This document shows positions 10,830-24,499 of a stretch of DNA of 64,000 bases, one piece after another. A program made the position numbers and the translations under genes. The stretch lies in NCBI RefSeq assembly GCF_020745735.1, contig NC_083435.1, positions 41,441,090 through 41,505,089 on the forward strand, read 5' to 3'. Under the pieces are notes generated by a model, which saw only the letters and a list, made by a program, of their open reading frames with translations, had not been told where the DNA came from and ran no database searches. Positions within the stretch are counted from its first letter, which is position 1. Each line of letters opens with the position of its first letter. The stretch is from Hemiscyllium ocellatum (lineage: Eukaryota).

Positions 10830-13379
10830 CTCTTTAACACTGAGGTTTGTGATGAGCATTTCTTGATATCTTTGGCTATCTGGAATACCACTCGGTTCAC
10901 ATGGAGGAAACTCTTCAAGTATTCATAACAAGGCTTTTGTATAGTCAGTGTATTCTCTGCACCATCAACACACAGAGGAGAGAAATCTCCATTGGTGCGA
11001 GTTCTGTAATGAAACTTTCACATAATTGTTGGACCTTCTGGAACATCAGTGAACCCACAGAGGAATGACCAGCTCATACTTTTGGCTAACTTTTATCAGT
11101 GAGTGAACTGTATAGTATCACTCAGCAGCCCCAAGGGGCTGAGAACTGCATGGTACTGGTGGGGCTGGAGGTGGGGGGGAAGGTAGCTGAGAATGCAATA
11201 GGGAGGTGAAGGCAAGTTGAAAGTGATAGATCAGTGGGACTGGGACACAGAACAAGATGCAGCTTTCACTCCCATCAAGCAACTAGTGATGATATCACCA
11301 GTGCTGAGGGATGATGATGTAACAATGGAGTCAACTTGCAGTGTGATGTCAGTGAAACAGGACTGGGAGTAAACCCCATATAGAGAGGATAACCCGCTGT
11401 GTTTATATCCAGAGTATTAACACAAACTGAACAACACTACACAGATTAAGAGAGACCATTCATTGTCTTTACTTGCAAGCATTTCAGCTAGGACCTGTTT
11501 GCGTGAGAATGACTGATAGTCAAATCTGACTTCAAGCTATTTCATTGTATGTTTCGTAAACTACTTCTGTCTGCTCCAAATGATGTTACTTAATTTGCAG
11601 AGATATTGCTTGGGACTATACACTTGAACACCTTCAAGGTTAAAGTGCAACTGAAGTGCAACAACTTGACTATGAAATATAAGATTTGTCTGGACAATGT
11701 TGCAAAATAACTTGCAAATGACATTTCAGGAATCTTTTTCCCTTTTGTTATGGGAAGGGGAATGTTTTGATAAATTACTTTTTACACTGCACCTAACCAT
11801 ATTTATGTGATTTCTGATGTTCTATGTAATAAAGATTTAAGAGCAGTAGCCATTTTACATATGTTTAAAATTTAAATTGCTCCGAATATTAACATGAGTT
11901 TCCAGAAGCTTAGGAAACTGAACGGTGAAATGGTGATGACTTTGAGAAGCAGATTACATGGAGATTTGAACTTGTTATTGTACCATCTGAATGAAGCCTC
12001 ACATTTCAGCTGCTGTCTCCGTTCTCCTGGTAAACATTTGACAGAAAATTCTAGTGTGAAAATAGCATTCTTCATCCTCAGAGGATTTCAAACTTACAAT
12101 ATCAGCGTGGGATGTGTCTGACAGATTGGAAGAGGAAAACTCACAGCATCCAAGGGAGTGCTGTTGTGCAGTAGTGGGACCGACAGACATAGGAGAGAGA
12201 AGCACAAGGTGAATGGGGCAGTTTTCACCAAGGTCTCCATCTCTCTTGGTCAAATTATTTCTTAGCGAAAGGATTTGCCAGCTTTTATTAAAAGAGATCA
12301 ATTGAGGCAAATACTCTTGATTGATTAAATAATATGGAGAATGTGAGGACTGCAGATGCTGGAGATCAGAGTCAAATCTGTTAGAAACAAAATTCAATAA
12401 AATTTAGACGAGACCACCAAAACTGGAAACAAGATAATTTATTCTATGATCTTGCAAGAAAGGACTTCAATTTGCAGAGAGCAAATGAAGTGAAGAAAAT
12501 TCAAATTTCTACAACAGTTTCAACCTTTGAGTTGCGTGAGGTCACCTCTTCTGATCCCTACATTACCCAATCTTTCTTACCATTTCGCCTCTGCCCATCT
12601 ATGCTCCACGCCCATTGCCCCCTTCTTTCCAAGTTGGCAATTTTCCCTCTTGCATGTGCTGTCATAAGGCTAAACTCTTATCTCGATGTTCCCTTTGTAT
12701 CTTTTAATGCCTCGCTTATGTTTCAGTAATCTTAGCTTTTTGCTGAAACTGTTATTTTTAAATATTATGTTAAAAGGAATTATTTTCTTTAATAATTCTA
12801 CATTAAAGTTATTTCCTAATACTTGCTTAGACCCTTTTTCTTATGCATAGAACAACACACTTTCCCATTGCTTACAAAATGTATGGTGCAGGAAAAGCAC
12901 AGCAGGGTAGGCAGCATCAGAGGAGTAGGAGAGTTGACGTTTCGATCAGCTCTTCATCAGGAATGAGGGTTGACCCAAGGGGGGGTCTATCCAGCCTATC
13001 AAAACATGTGGGATGACTTCTTTCTCCCAAAGTGTTGTTTGTATCAGTTATTGGTTTTGTAATTAATACTGATCACATTTCATTCTCTAAAACACTTTGA
13101 CATTAGATGTCATTTCATTGCCCTGATTGGTTACTTGGTCAAATCACTCTGATTGGATAATTGGATTCCAGGGAAGTGCTCATGTAACGTCAGTTTGAAG
13201 ATCTTTTTGTGCACTCAACGGATTAATGAGGGTCAAAACAAATCACTGACCTGACCAAAGTGAATCAGTTCATGAAATCAGCTCAGAGAAAACAATCACT
13301 GTGAAGAGGAAGAGGAAATATTTGTGAGAGAATTAGGGGAAATGGGATGGCATTGATTTTTGTAGATACAAAAACTCTT

Positions 13380-13555
13380 GGCTACCTTCTCTCCAGCCCC
13401 ACCCCCCTCTCATTTATCTCTTCACCCCGGAGGCTCTCTGCCTTCATTTCTGATGAAGAGTTTTTGCCTGAAACGTCGATTTTCCTGCTCCTCGGATGCT
13501 ACCTGACCTGCTGTGCTTTTCCAGCACCACTCTGATCTCCAGTCCTCACTTTTGC
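13380..13555 (+). mobile_element. Penelope-like element 3' terminus
   Basis: CTGATGAAGAG..GAAACGTCGATTTTCCTGCTCCTCGGATGCT tail, as at 29680 and 32940; an inverted partner lies near 12885-12965. Confidence 0.7.
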
Positions 13556-13821
13556 TACACAATTTTGGGGCCTGTGTTCAGGATGGGACTTACGACAGGG
13601 TTATCTGTAGGTGTCTTGAGAGTTAATTGGGAACCAAGATCACAGCCTCTTAGTCCTCGAGTCCATCCCAGATCTTCTCCCGATTGGTTGCCTGGAGGAT
13701 CTGCACTAAAATCGCCCTTGGGATCTGGAGATTCCAGCTCTATCCCCACAGAATTGTTTCCGATCGTGATGTCAGGGCCCGGGGTGGGGCTTCTCCTTTC
13801 AGGCTACGTCCATTCTTGGAG

Positions 13822-14623
13822 TTAAAAATCACACAACACCAGGTTATAGTCCAACAGGTTTAATTGGAAGCACTAGCTTTCAGAGCGCCGCTCCTTCATC
13901 AGGTAGTTGTGGAGTACACAATTGTAAGACAGAATTTATAACAAAAGTTTACAGTGTGATGTAACTGAAATAATACATTGAAAAATACCTTGATTGTTTG
14001 TTAAGTCTCTCATCTGTTGGAATGACCATGATAGTTTCAGTCAGACACACACACCCACACTCTCTCACAGACACTCACAAACCGCCACCACAGACACAAA
14101 AATCCACATGCACACATACACATGTGCATTTGCGGGGTGAATTTGTACTTGCAGAGCTACATTGTACTTTGCTCAAAAACTGCATGAATCCACGTAAGAC
14201 TCCGTCAACTCACTTTTTAGATTAGAATCAGTCTAAACATTATGACTCAGACAGGGAACACGGGGCTAACACCGTCAACATCTCAAAATCTTATCTGCAC
14301 TGACACCAATTCTTATAGTTAAGCTGAGACTGTAACTTTTTAAAAAGGTTTTGTGATTTACATATGAAAGAAGTGAAACTATCATGGTCATTCTCACAGA
14401 TGAGAGAGTTAACAAACAATCAAGGTATTTTTCAATGTATAATTTCAGTTACATCACACTGTAAACTTTTGCTATAAATTCTGTGTCTTACAATTGTGTA
14501 CTCCACAACCACCTGATGGAGCGGCGCTCCAAAGCTAATGCTTCCAGTTAAACTTGTTGGACTATACCTGGTGTTGTGTGATTTTTAACTTTGTACATCC
14601 CAGTCCAACACCGGCCTCTCCAA
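13822..14623. mobile_element. Penelope-derived non-autonomous insertion with ~220-bp inverted arms and 13-bp TSD
   Basis: 13822-14040 is the reverse complement of about 14374-14589. Flanks are TCCATTCTTGGAG (13809-13821) and TCCATTCTCGGAG (14624-14636). Confidence 0.75.
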
Positions 14624-16326
14624 TCCATTCTCGGAGGGTCCTCAGGACTGGAGGAGAGAGGGAAGTGGGAAGGGGGAAACAAAGAGGAACGTTTCAAATA
14701 CACGCCAGTCTTGACTGAGAGGGAGGGAGCCCAATGTAGGTCAGTAAATATCAGAGACAGTGGGGATTAGAGTTTGTTGCATGTTAAGATATGGGAGACA
14801 GAATTTGGCTGATTTTATCTAAAAAGATCTGTGGGTTCTCAAAAGACAGATCCTAGCAGTTTTAGACCTTTACGTCAAATGGACAAAGCCTACAGTTTGG
14901 GGTATGGAAAATCCCAGGGATGGAAACAGCTTCTGATTTTTCTCCCATGTAAATCCGCTAGTCAAATCAATCCCACAATCCAATTCTTGCAAATGGATCA
15001 TTGGTCATGATCACATTGCAGTTTGTGGGAGCTTGCTGTACACAGATCGGCTGTTGTTGTTAGAACAGGGATCACATTTCAAAGAGGGCTCCATTCATTG
15101 TGAACTCTTTTTTCATGCCCTGAGATTGTAAAACTTTATATATAATGCAAATCTTTGATTCTCAGGAAAACATCATGCTTCCCATGAACTAGAAATTATA
15201 AACCCATTGATAAGTAAAATAGAAAGTCCAGAGGCACAACGAGTATTGTCTCTGCCTCGGAGTCAGAAGGTCTGGGTTCAAGGCCCAATCCTGGTTAAAC
15301 AACTTATAGCTACCTGTAAATCCTTCCAATAGGCCTGCTTTAAGTAATAAGAATAGGGAAATCTCCTGATTGGTCATGCTTGATGCAGAGTGGTGTTCAT
15401 CAAGCTCTATCCTCTAGTGACAGGCTGATTCCCTGTTCCATGAATCTTAGCCATGGAGTGGACATCAGCAAATGCCTTGACGCATACACTACTAGAAGTG
15501 AGGAGGGAACAGAGTATCCCAGCTCAGTGACATTGACTAATATATTGTGTACAGGACTCTTACTGTAGGATCCAGAATGTTTCTGTGAATTGGAACATAC
15601 TGGGCTGACAAATTAATAGAATTTTGGTCAAGTTGATAAACATATTACTCTTTGTAAATCTATTATTACAACATGGACACGGTTGGTGAACCAAAACAGC
15701 CTTTCTCTCTCATATTCGCAACACAGTAAATTTAAAACCTTCAAAGACCCTCAAAATTGACACCAATGATTCCTACAAAGACGTTTGAATAACCAATCTT
15801 AGATCCTGCAAATAATAAATTCAAGACACTGGATTGTGTTTTTAAAAAAAGACTTAGCAATTTATTAACAACATAGTAACTTCAGCAGAGTAAAGGTAAA
15901 CAACAAAGTAATCTAATTGCTTTGTGCTCTAAACCCCAAAAAACTTTGTTTTCCAGGCTAATTCACACATAAGACAGACATAAGAAACACAGTTCAGGGA
16001 TAAATTAAAGAAAATAACAAAGCTGGCCAGATTACTTAAGCGGGTTTCAAGACACGTTGTTCCACAGGCATAGATGATGATTTCTTGACTGGCATTTTCA
16101 GAAAACCAATCAGGGTTACCTTTATAGTTCATCCAGATAAAGAAAGCAATTCCTAGTACTTGGTTTTCTATTCTCTTAGCTTCCAAGAGCTGCTCATGGT
16201 GGGTCGGGCAGGGATCTTTTAAATCTTCATGCTGTAGTATCAACAACTACTAGGCTCTTTTCCTTTTCACAGAATTCACAGTTCAAAGACCACCATGAGA
16301 TCCCACTTACCATTTAACATTACCGT

Positions 16327-16635
16327 TGGGATGACATGGTGGCTCGGTGTTTAGCACTGCTGCCTCACAGTGCCATGGACCTGCGTTCGATTCCAGTCTC
16401 GGTGACTGTGTGGAGTTTGCACATTCTCCATGTTTGTGTGGGTTTTCTCCCACAATCCAAAGATGTGTAGATTAGGTGAATTGGCCATGCTAAATTGCCC
16501 ATAGTGTTAGGTGCATTAGTCAGGGGTAAGTATGGGGAATGGGTCTGGGTGGGTTACTTTTTGGAGGGTCGGTGTGGACTTGTTGGGCCGAAGGGCCTAT
16601 TTCCTTACTGTAGGGAATCTAATCTAATCTAATCT
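16327..16635 (+). mobile_element. HE1 SINE
   Basis: tRNA-like head, V-domain and (AATCT)n tail. Confidence 0.85.
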
Positions 16636-17589
16636 ATCTGCTTGAGTGTAAGGTCTTTTCCAAACCTGCTAGAACTAATTCCCAGGAACTGATCTCCTTA
16701 ATAGCCTACTACTTCTAACGTTTTAACATAATGTTCTTCCTCAGTGATGAATCATCTGCAGAGCCTTTTGATTAGGAGCATCCAGGTCTGGCCTCATAAG
16801 TAAACAAAAGCTTGTTTGGTCTGTTTATATTTTAACACAAGCAGTTATCCACAGTTCAAATGTCATCTTTAGCTCACAGTTCCCAGCTCCAAACCAAAAT
16901 TGATAAAAGAATAACACCTAACAAAATGAAAAATGAGTGACAGCTCCAATGTTATACAGAATGTCATTGAAATAGCCATAAATAACTCAATATCCAGCTG
17001 ACACCAAACATTGAAATGAATCTTGGATGAGGGTAAGGTGAACACATGACACAGTTATTACATCGAGGTATGATGTGTTGAGGGACCTCAGGTCTCTAGA
17101 AACTTAAGGCCCACTCACCATTCTGTAATGAACCATATTTATTTCATTTTGGAATGTAAGCTAAAATGGAAGTTGGGACTAGTTTACACATAAATACCTG
17201 GAGAGCTTTGCAATTTGGAAAATTCATGTAAAATTTTAGCTGTGAAGGGCAAGTTTTGAAGTATAAAGGGGCTTACTTCAAGACAGAATAGCACCAAGAG
17301 TGCACAAAAACCTTCATAATAATACAAATCTCTTTTGTTTTGCAGAAAGTTATAGTTAAGATGGTGGAAGGTCCTAGGGTGATTTGAAAAAAATGTTAAG
17401 TATCCAGATCCCAGCACACAGACATAACTCGCCGTCCACAGGATAATCAGTTCCCAATGCGCACACACCTGAACAACAGCAAATCAGTAATAATCCTCAG
17501 ACACTCTGCACCTCCCAGATGATTACTCCTCACCTTATATTCAGAAATGAGCTATCAACAAATCTTAGCATGTAAACTGGAAGGGAAAG

Positions 17590-19275
17590 TGAGATCTTGA
17601 CAAAGATATTTGTATTCTGTTTAGCCATAGATGGGTTCCCAGAAGACTGGAGAATAGCCAGTGTAGTTCCTTTGTTCATGAAGGACAACAGGGATAACCC
17701 AGTACAGTTACAAAACACTTGCATCTACCTGACAATGTGGAAAATTGCTCAGGTATGAGCTGTATAAGTGGACTGTAGCAGTTCAAGAATGCAGCTCACC
17801 ACCATCTTCTCGAGGGCAACTAGGGACAGGCAATAAATGCTGACCAACTAGTGACAGCCATATCCCATAACTGAATAATAATTTAAAAATGGCTGTGAGC
17901 GTTACATCACTGGTAGGGAAATTATTAGAGTAGATTCTTAGGGAAAGGATTTACTTGCATTTGGAGAAGATGGCCTTATTAGGGACAATCAGCAATGGTT
18001 TTAGGAAGGAGAGGTATTGTCTCCTCTTTTTGAGGAAGTGATGAAGATGATAGATGAGATTAATGAAGTGGATGTTGACTACATGGATCTTAGCATGGAC
18101 TTAACAAGGTAGGCTGGTCCAGAAGATTAAATCACATGGAATCCACGGTGAATTGGCAAGTTGTTTACAGCACTGGCTTAGCCATAGGAATAAAGGATAG
18201 CTATAGAATGTTTTTCTGACTGGAGGTCTATGACCAGTGGTGTTCTACAAGGATCAGTGCTGGAATCTCTGTTGTTTGTAATATATAAAATCGATTTGGA
18301 TGAAAATGTTGGCTGTCTGATTAATTAGTTTGCAGATGACACAAAATGGTGGACGGTGGGGAAGTATATCAAAAGATGCAAAAGTCATAGAGATGTACAG
18401 CACAGAAGCAGACCCTTCGGTCCAACCCATCCACGCTGATCAGATATCCCAAACCCAATCTAGTCCCATCTGGGAACAGATTAGCTGGATTGTCGGGGAG
18501 GGAAATGACAGATGGAGCTTAATCCAGATACGTGTGAGGTGATGCATTTTGGGAGGTCAAATGCAAGAGAAAAGTATACTGTAAATGGCTGGATCCTGTG
18601 GAGGATTGAAATGCAGAGGGATCTTTGAGTCCAAATCCAGAACTCCCTAAAAGTGGCAGCACAAGTAGATAATCCATTAAAAAAAAAGCTTGCCGTCATT
18701 AGTTGGGGCATTAAATATAAAATTGGCAAGTCATGTTGCAAGTGTATAAGATTTTGGTCAGGACAATTTGGAGTATTGTGCACTGTTCTGGTTGCCGCAT
18801 GATGAGGCTTTGGAAAGGGTGCAGAGGAGATTTTCAAGAGTGTTGCCTGGACTGGAGTGTATTACCCATGAGGAGAGATTGGACAAACTTGGATTATTTT
18901 CACTAGAGTGACAGAGGTAGAGAAATGACCTGGTCGAAGTAAATACAATTATGAGGGCATGGATAGGATGGATAGTCAGAGTCTCTTTTCCAGGGTGGAG
19001 ATGTCAAATACTATGTTTGGCATAGGTTTAAGATGAAAGGAGGAAAGTTCAAAGCTATGCAAGATAACAGTGGTAGGTGCCTTCAACTGCTGCTGGGAAG
19101 GGGTGGGGGGTGGGGGTAGGGGTAGCAGAGGGGAGTTGCCAGAAGCAGATAGGGTGGCAAAGTTTCAGAAGCATTTCAGCAGGATGATGAATATATAGCG
19201 GATGTACAGGCAGATGGGATTAGTTTAGATTTATATCATGGTTGGCACAGACATGGTGGGTCAAATGGTCTGTTA
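17590..19275 (+). mobile_element. Degenerate CR1 ORF2 3' half with nested LINE-tail fragments
   Basis: PEDWRIASVVPLF, SGVLQGSVL and FADDTK remnants; inserts at about 17720-17885 and 18385-18470. Confidence 0.85.
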
Positions 19276-22099
19276 AGACCATAAGACATAGGAGTGGAAG
19301 TAAGGCCATTTGGCCCAACGAGTCCACTCCGCCATTCAATCATGGCTGATGGGCATTTCAACTCCACTTACCTGCATTCTCCCCATAGTTCCTGTGCTGT
19401 ACTATGTAAATGCTTTCAAACATACTAAATATCCTGGGGACTGACGCGGTCTAGACCTTGTTTCAGTGCTATCGTTCAGTATGCAGTACACCAGGATGAT
19501 TGTCGCCATTCTCTCCTGCAGAACACTGTGATCCACCTCCGGGTGTAGGTAGTAACTGAGACAGTTCTTTAACATCCCACTTAAAAGAGTGGGATGTTAA
19601 AGAGACACCTCAAAGAAATATGAGCATCAACAAACAAGATCCCCTCCTCAGTGTGTGCTGCATGAAATGGTGACATCAGTCATGGCAAGAAAGAATGGAT
19701 CTGGTCCCTAAACAGCTTCCTCACCTTCTCTGGATATGGGTGTGGTGTGTGAGTTCCTGACAGTGAAATCATTGTGGGATAATCCGGCATGACAGTGTTC
19801 AGTGTGTGAGTGTTCACATGGAGTATTCTCAGACCGTTATCACACACATGAAGGAAGGCAATTTATTTCTGTTCAGGGAGCCCTGTGAGTCTCCCTGGAT
19901 AATCTTCAATACGATCACTCACTCCCAGCACCTTGGGGAAGAAACTCTTCCATAAAACTTAAGCAAGCTCTGCTGTTGCTCATTTATTGTTGCCTTAAAT
20001 TTAAAAAGTTATTGATGCTAGCTGTTGGAAACTGGGATCCCTGAAAAACTGATTTTTCCTCGTATTTACTGTGCAACATGAGATTTCATTTAACAGCTAT
20101 TACAGCAGAAATTAACCTTCCAAAATTTAAGCATGAAAACACAAAAGGGCAGTATTAAGTGAAACACTGACGTATCTGAACTATGGCTAACCATTTATCT
20201 GAGAGCAAAAATACCCTATTATCAGTGCCCACAATTTTGGGGGAAGCAGTGATTCCATAAAACTCCAGCACGATCTGTAACAGCTTTCAGCATTGACTTA
20301 AATTTTACGAAATCATTTATGTGACAGAGCAATTAACTGTCCTCCTGCCTTCAGTATAATAAAGATAGAAAGTGCAGCATTTTAAACCACATTATAAATT
20401 TAAAAACAAAGCAGAAACTCTTTGCAATATTATCGAGATAATGCCATTAGGATGATCTGAAACTACTTTATGTAACATGGACAGGAGAAATAGTCAAATG
20501 AAATAAACTATTACTTTGTGATTTGCTAAAATAATTGCTGTCCACACAATGTAGACTGGAGTTATGAATACAACTTGAAGAGAACCTCAAAAAGTGCAAT
20601 TGGCAGAAACTCACCATTTTCATTATTCCCATCTGGGTTCTGGTAATTTCTGTGGTTAGGACCAGCTTCATGGCTGATTTTAATAAACCAGCATTAAAGA
20701 TCACAAAAGTTCAATCTTCAATTGACATAACTGACATTCAAAAAAATCCTGATACCATCAATTTCAGCTGGATTACACTGTTAAATTATATTAATTGGTA
20801 TAAACTGTTTGCTTGTGGCAGTTCCTTATTTGTGAAAGGAGTTTTTCTCTAAAAACAGCTACTCATGCTTTTGAAAATTTTAAGAAACACTATTAAGATT
20901 GTGTGAAATGGACAAAAGCAGTTTTGTTTAAGGGTGGCACATTATCAATGCAGTGTGTACACATTTACTGGATCATTTCCTCATTAATATTTCAGCATCT
21001 TTGTATTTCAAGAAAATGGTGGTATAGCTCAGTGGGAAAATGAAGAATCTTCTTGCTGATTAGAATTAGGTTATTAATTGTCTCAGGATATTTACAGTAT
21101 TCCTTGGTCTGAAAATTAGACTAAATTCAGGTAAAGACCCAAATCCTTTCACACTTAGCATTAATTCCTCTCTGTCATGATAAGGCCAAGGATCCTCTAC
21201 AGATCATTTAATTAGTCTTCAAAAGTATTGACTCTATACATACAACTAAATGATCAATCATTTGAGACTCTTCTTTGCTCATCCTTTCTGTGTCACTGAG
21301 AGAGACACCGCTTCCCACCTGACGCTAATGTCTATCTGAACGTGAGTAGCCGGTTCCAATGTGTGTGAAAACAACTTGACGAGGCCAAATGGCCAGATAA
21401 TTGTGATAAGGAAGCATCATGATTCATGGGAATGAAACTTGTTTATTTTTCAGGCGACATCTGGAGACAGCATTGAGAATGAGGAGTGAACATCTGGTTT
21501 TACATGAGCTGAGCCATGATAAAGCTGGCAACTTACTTTTAATTAACTAATGGGTTATGACAAATCCTATTGCTTGAGATCCAAGCCCATATTGTGTTCC
21601 CTAGTTCCCATTTCTGTGTTTACCCATGCTGATATCCCCAGTTTGTCAAAGCTTTCTTCCTTACATTTGCTTTTGAAATTCTTGGTCTGTACAGCTCCCT
21701 CCTCCCCACTACCAATTAAGTATTACACTAGGTTTTGCCCTGAAATATACTCTGGACTTTGGAATTTCCAACTATCTAGCCATTGATTTTGATTCATACA
21801 GCTGCTAATTTACTAAATGGTTCCTTCCTGCACCATCATTGGTATCCTTCTCCTCAGTGAAATTGTTACCATCTTTTAACATTGTTGCTTCCCTTGATAA
21901 AGCTCGCTGCCTTCAGCCTCTTAAATGTAAGACAGCTTCAGGTTTGACAGTCTCTAACAGACAACTGAGTTTTTGGTCCGTTGCTAAAACTTGGCTGAAT
22001 TGTGTCATGCAGTGATCACTAAAACTGTTCAAATTGCTTCATGACTATTCAGGAACATGAAAATGCCATCCAGCTTTACCTCTTTCAAAAAAAATCTGA

Positions 22100-22445
22100 A
22101 CAGGAATAGGTCAGTCAGCCCTTCAAACCTGCTCCCCCATTCAGTATAATTAGGGCTGACCATCCAATTCAGTACTCTGTTCCTACTTTCTCCCCCATAC
22201 CCTTTTATCCTTTTAGCCCTAATAAATATATATATGATTCTTTGAAAACATTCAATGTTTTGGCCATCACTGCTTTCTGCTGTAGAGAATTCCATTGACT
22301 CACCACTTTCTGGGTGAAGAAATTTCTCCTCGTCTTAGTCCTAAATAGCCCATCCTGTACTCTTAGACTGTGAGCCCTATTCTGGATTCCTAGGTGATGG
22401 GGAACATCCTTCCAGTGTTTATCCTGTCTAGTCTTGTTCAACATT
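22100..22445 (-). mobile_element. CR1 3' fragment
   Basis: RRNFFTQKVVSQWNSL plus 3' UTR. Confidence 0.8.
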
Positions 22446-22649
22446 TATAGCAACAGCATTCCCCCACCCCACCATCCACCGCCACCTCTGGAGAAGCTTG
22501 TGGTCTTTTTGTTGCAATAATTGAGACCACCTGCTGTTTCCCTCTCATCCCCCTTAACTTACCATGTGAACCTCCTTTGAGGTTAACCTTACCTCAGCCC
22601 TCAGTTTGTATTATTCTTGAATTTTTCATCACCTTTTCGATCTTGGATA

Positions 22650-23380
22650 TGAGTTGGGACATCACATTGCAGCAGTATGTGACATGGTAAAATACTGCGT
22701 ACAATTCTGGACACCTTTCTATTGGAAGAATGTTGTTAAACTTGTAAGGGTTCAGAAAAGATTTACAACAATGTTACTGGGATTGGAGAGGCTGAATAGG
22801 CTGGGGTTGTTTTCCCTGGAGTATCGGAGGCTGAGGGGTGACCTTAAAGAGATTTGTAAAATCATGAGGGACATGGATAGAGTGAATAATCCAAGGTCAT
22901 TTTTCAAGGGTGGGTGAGTCCAAAACTAGAGGGCATAGGTTTAAGGTGAGAGGGAAAAGATTTAAACAGGATCTGATGGGTAACATTTTCACACAGTGGG
23001 TGGTACTTGTTTCAAACGAGCTGCCAGAGGAAGTGGTAGAGGTGGGTATGATTTCAACATTTAAGAGGCATTTGGATGGATATATGAATAGGAAGGGCTT
23101 GGAGGGATATGGGCCAGGTGCTGGCAGATGGGACTTGATTGGGTTGGGATATCTGGTCGGCATGGACGGGTTGGACCGAAGGGTCAGTTTCCATGCTGTA
23201 CATCTCTATGACTCTATGACATCTGGATGGGAATATGAATAGGAAACAGTTTAGAGGAAAATAGGCCTGATGTTGGCACATGAGAATAGATCAGTTTAGA
23301 ATATCTGTTTGGCACGGTCAGGTTGGACAAAAGCATCTGTTTACATGCTGTATGACTCCATGATTATGACTGTATGACTG
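22650..23380 (+). mobile_element. CR1 3' fragment with a duplicated tail
   Basis: YCVQFW..RLRGDL..TRGHRFKVRG; tail TCTATGACTCTATGA ends at about 23220 and a second diverged tail follows. Confidence 0.85.
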
Positions 23381-24499
23381 ATAAAAATAGAGATGTGAAA
23401 ATTTCATTGGGACAGTTTGCACCATCACTCCCGTACTGACATTCTCCAAACCTGTCACCTTCACCATCTAGAAGGACAAGCCCATAGTGTTCTGGGATGT
23501 GTAGGCTAGGTGCATTTGTAGGGGTAAAATGTAGAGTAGTAGGGTAGGGGTCTGAGTGGGTTTCTCTTCACAAGGTCAGTGTGGACTTGTTGGGCTGAAG
23601 GGTCTGTTTCCACACTGTAGGGATTCTATATAAGAGATGACGTCACTGAGTCTCTGGGAGTATTGCCTCAGCCACAAGTGGTTCAGAAGAATGTGTGTCA
23701 GGACTTTCCCTGCTGTGGGCAAGAAGAAAATATGTCAATGGTTTTCTCAAATGTGATTTTTCTTCTTTCATGAAAATAGTTACAATTCTCACATTCCTGA
23801 CGTAGGGGCTGTATTTCTTTTTTTCCCCAAATCTGCAGGCTAAGTGTGGGAGCCTTTAGTTTTGAAACCCATTGGAGCTGCAGAATTTATTGTTTCTTAC
23901 CTATTAGATTACTTGTGGCAGCTCTCCCATCAATGATGACTTGTTCATGGACTCTACACAGGACATTAGGGGATAGACTGGAGGCTGTCAACTGCCCCTG
24001 TGGATTCAGGGTTGACAGGTTGTCCACAATGTTCTGTCCAGTATTGTCATTCTTCAGAAGAGAAACATTATCCTGTGAATGAAAGGGGTTTTGTTCATTT
24101 GACCTCAGTCTTTAGGTGACCTTGGTGACTTCAAATTTAGTTATGAAGATCAGCCTGTTGCTGGATCTCTTAGGCTTTCTCTTCCACCACATGTCCTTTG
24201 TCTTCCAGATTTAAGTTTGGGTGTCAACCTCAAGCTGTTGAAATGCTGCCTCCTTGAGTTGTGACTTTGGGTCGTTTTGCCCATCAGTGAGGACAAATTT
24301 TTTTTCTTCCAGGAAGTCACATATTTGAGAGTCACATTCACCAAGTTAGTCCTCGTGTTATCCTGTCTCACTAAAGTTCGGTGTTATTTCAGACCATTGG
24401 AACTGGGGGCCAGATTAAAGTACAGGGTTTTTAAAAAAAAATTCTATCTATAATATTCTAAGAGGGTGTCACCTGATGTGAGTATATGTATGTCTTGGT

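Noticed and set aside
9748-10866. Long overlapping ORFs rich in VTNHSHS/TQGRNH (also 29832-30536, 55785-56582, 56001-56336)
   Set aside because: These are shadow frames of the 84-bp finger repeat and are expected in C2H2 arrays
11283-11320. TGATGA...CTGA suggesting a C/D box snoRNA
   Set aside because: The boxes are only about 12 nt apart, with no convincing terminal stem or guide
13555-14900. Pro-rich flanks of the Penelope insertion as retroviral gag
   Set aside because: No diagnostic motif; cannot be supported without a search
21018-21040. GGTGGTATAGCTCAGTGG, resembling a tRNA 5' end
   Set aside because: No anticodon arm, T-arm/B-box or acceptor stem follows
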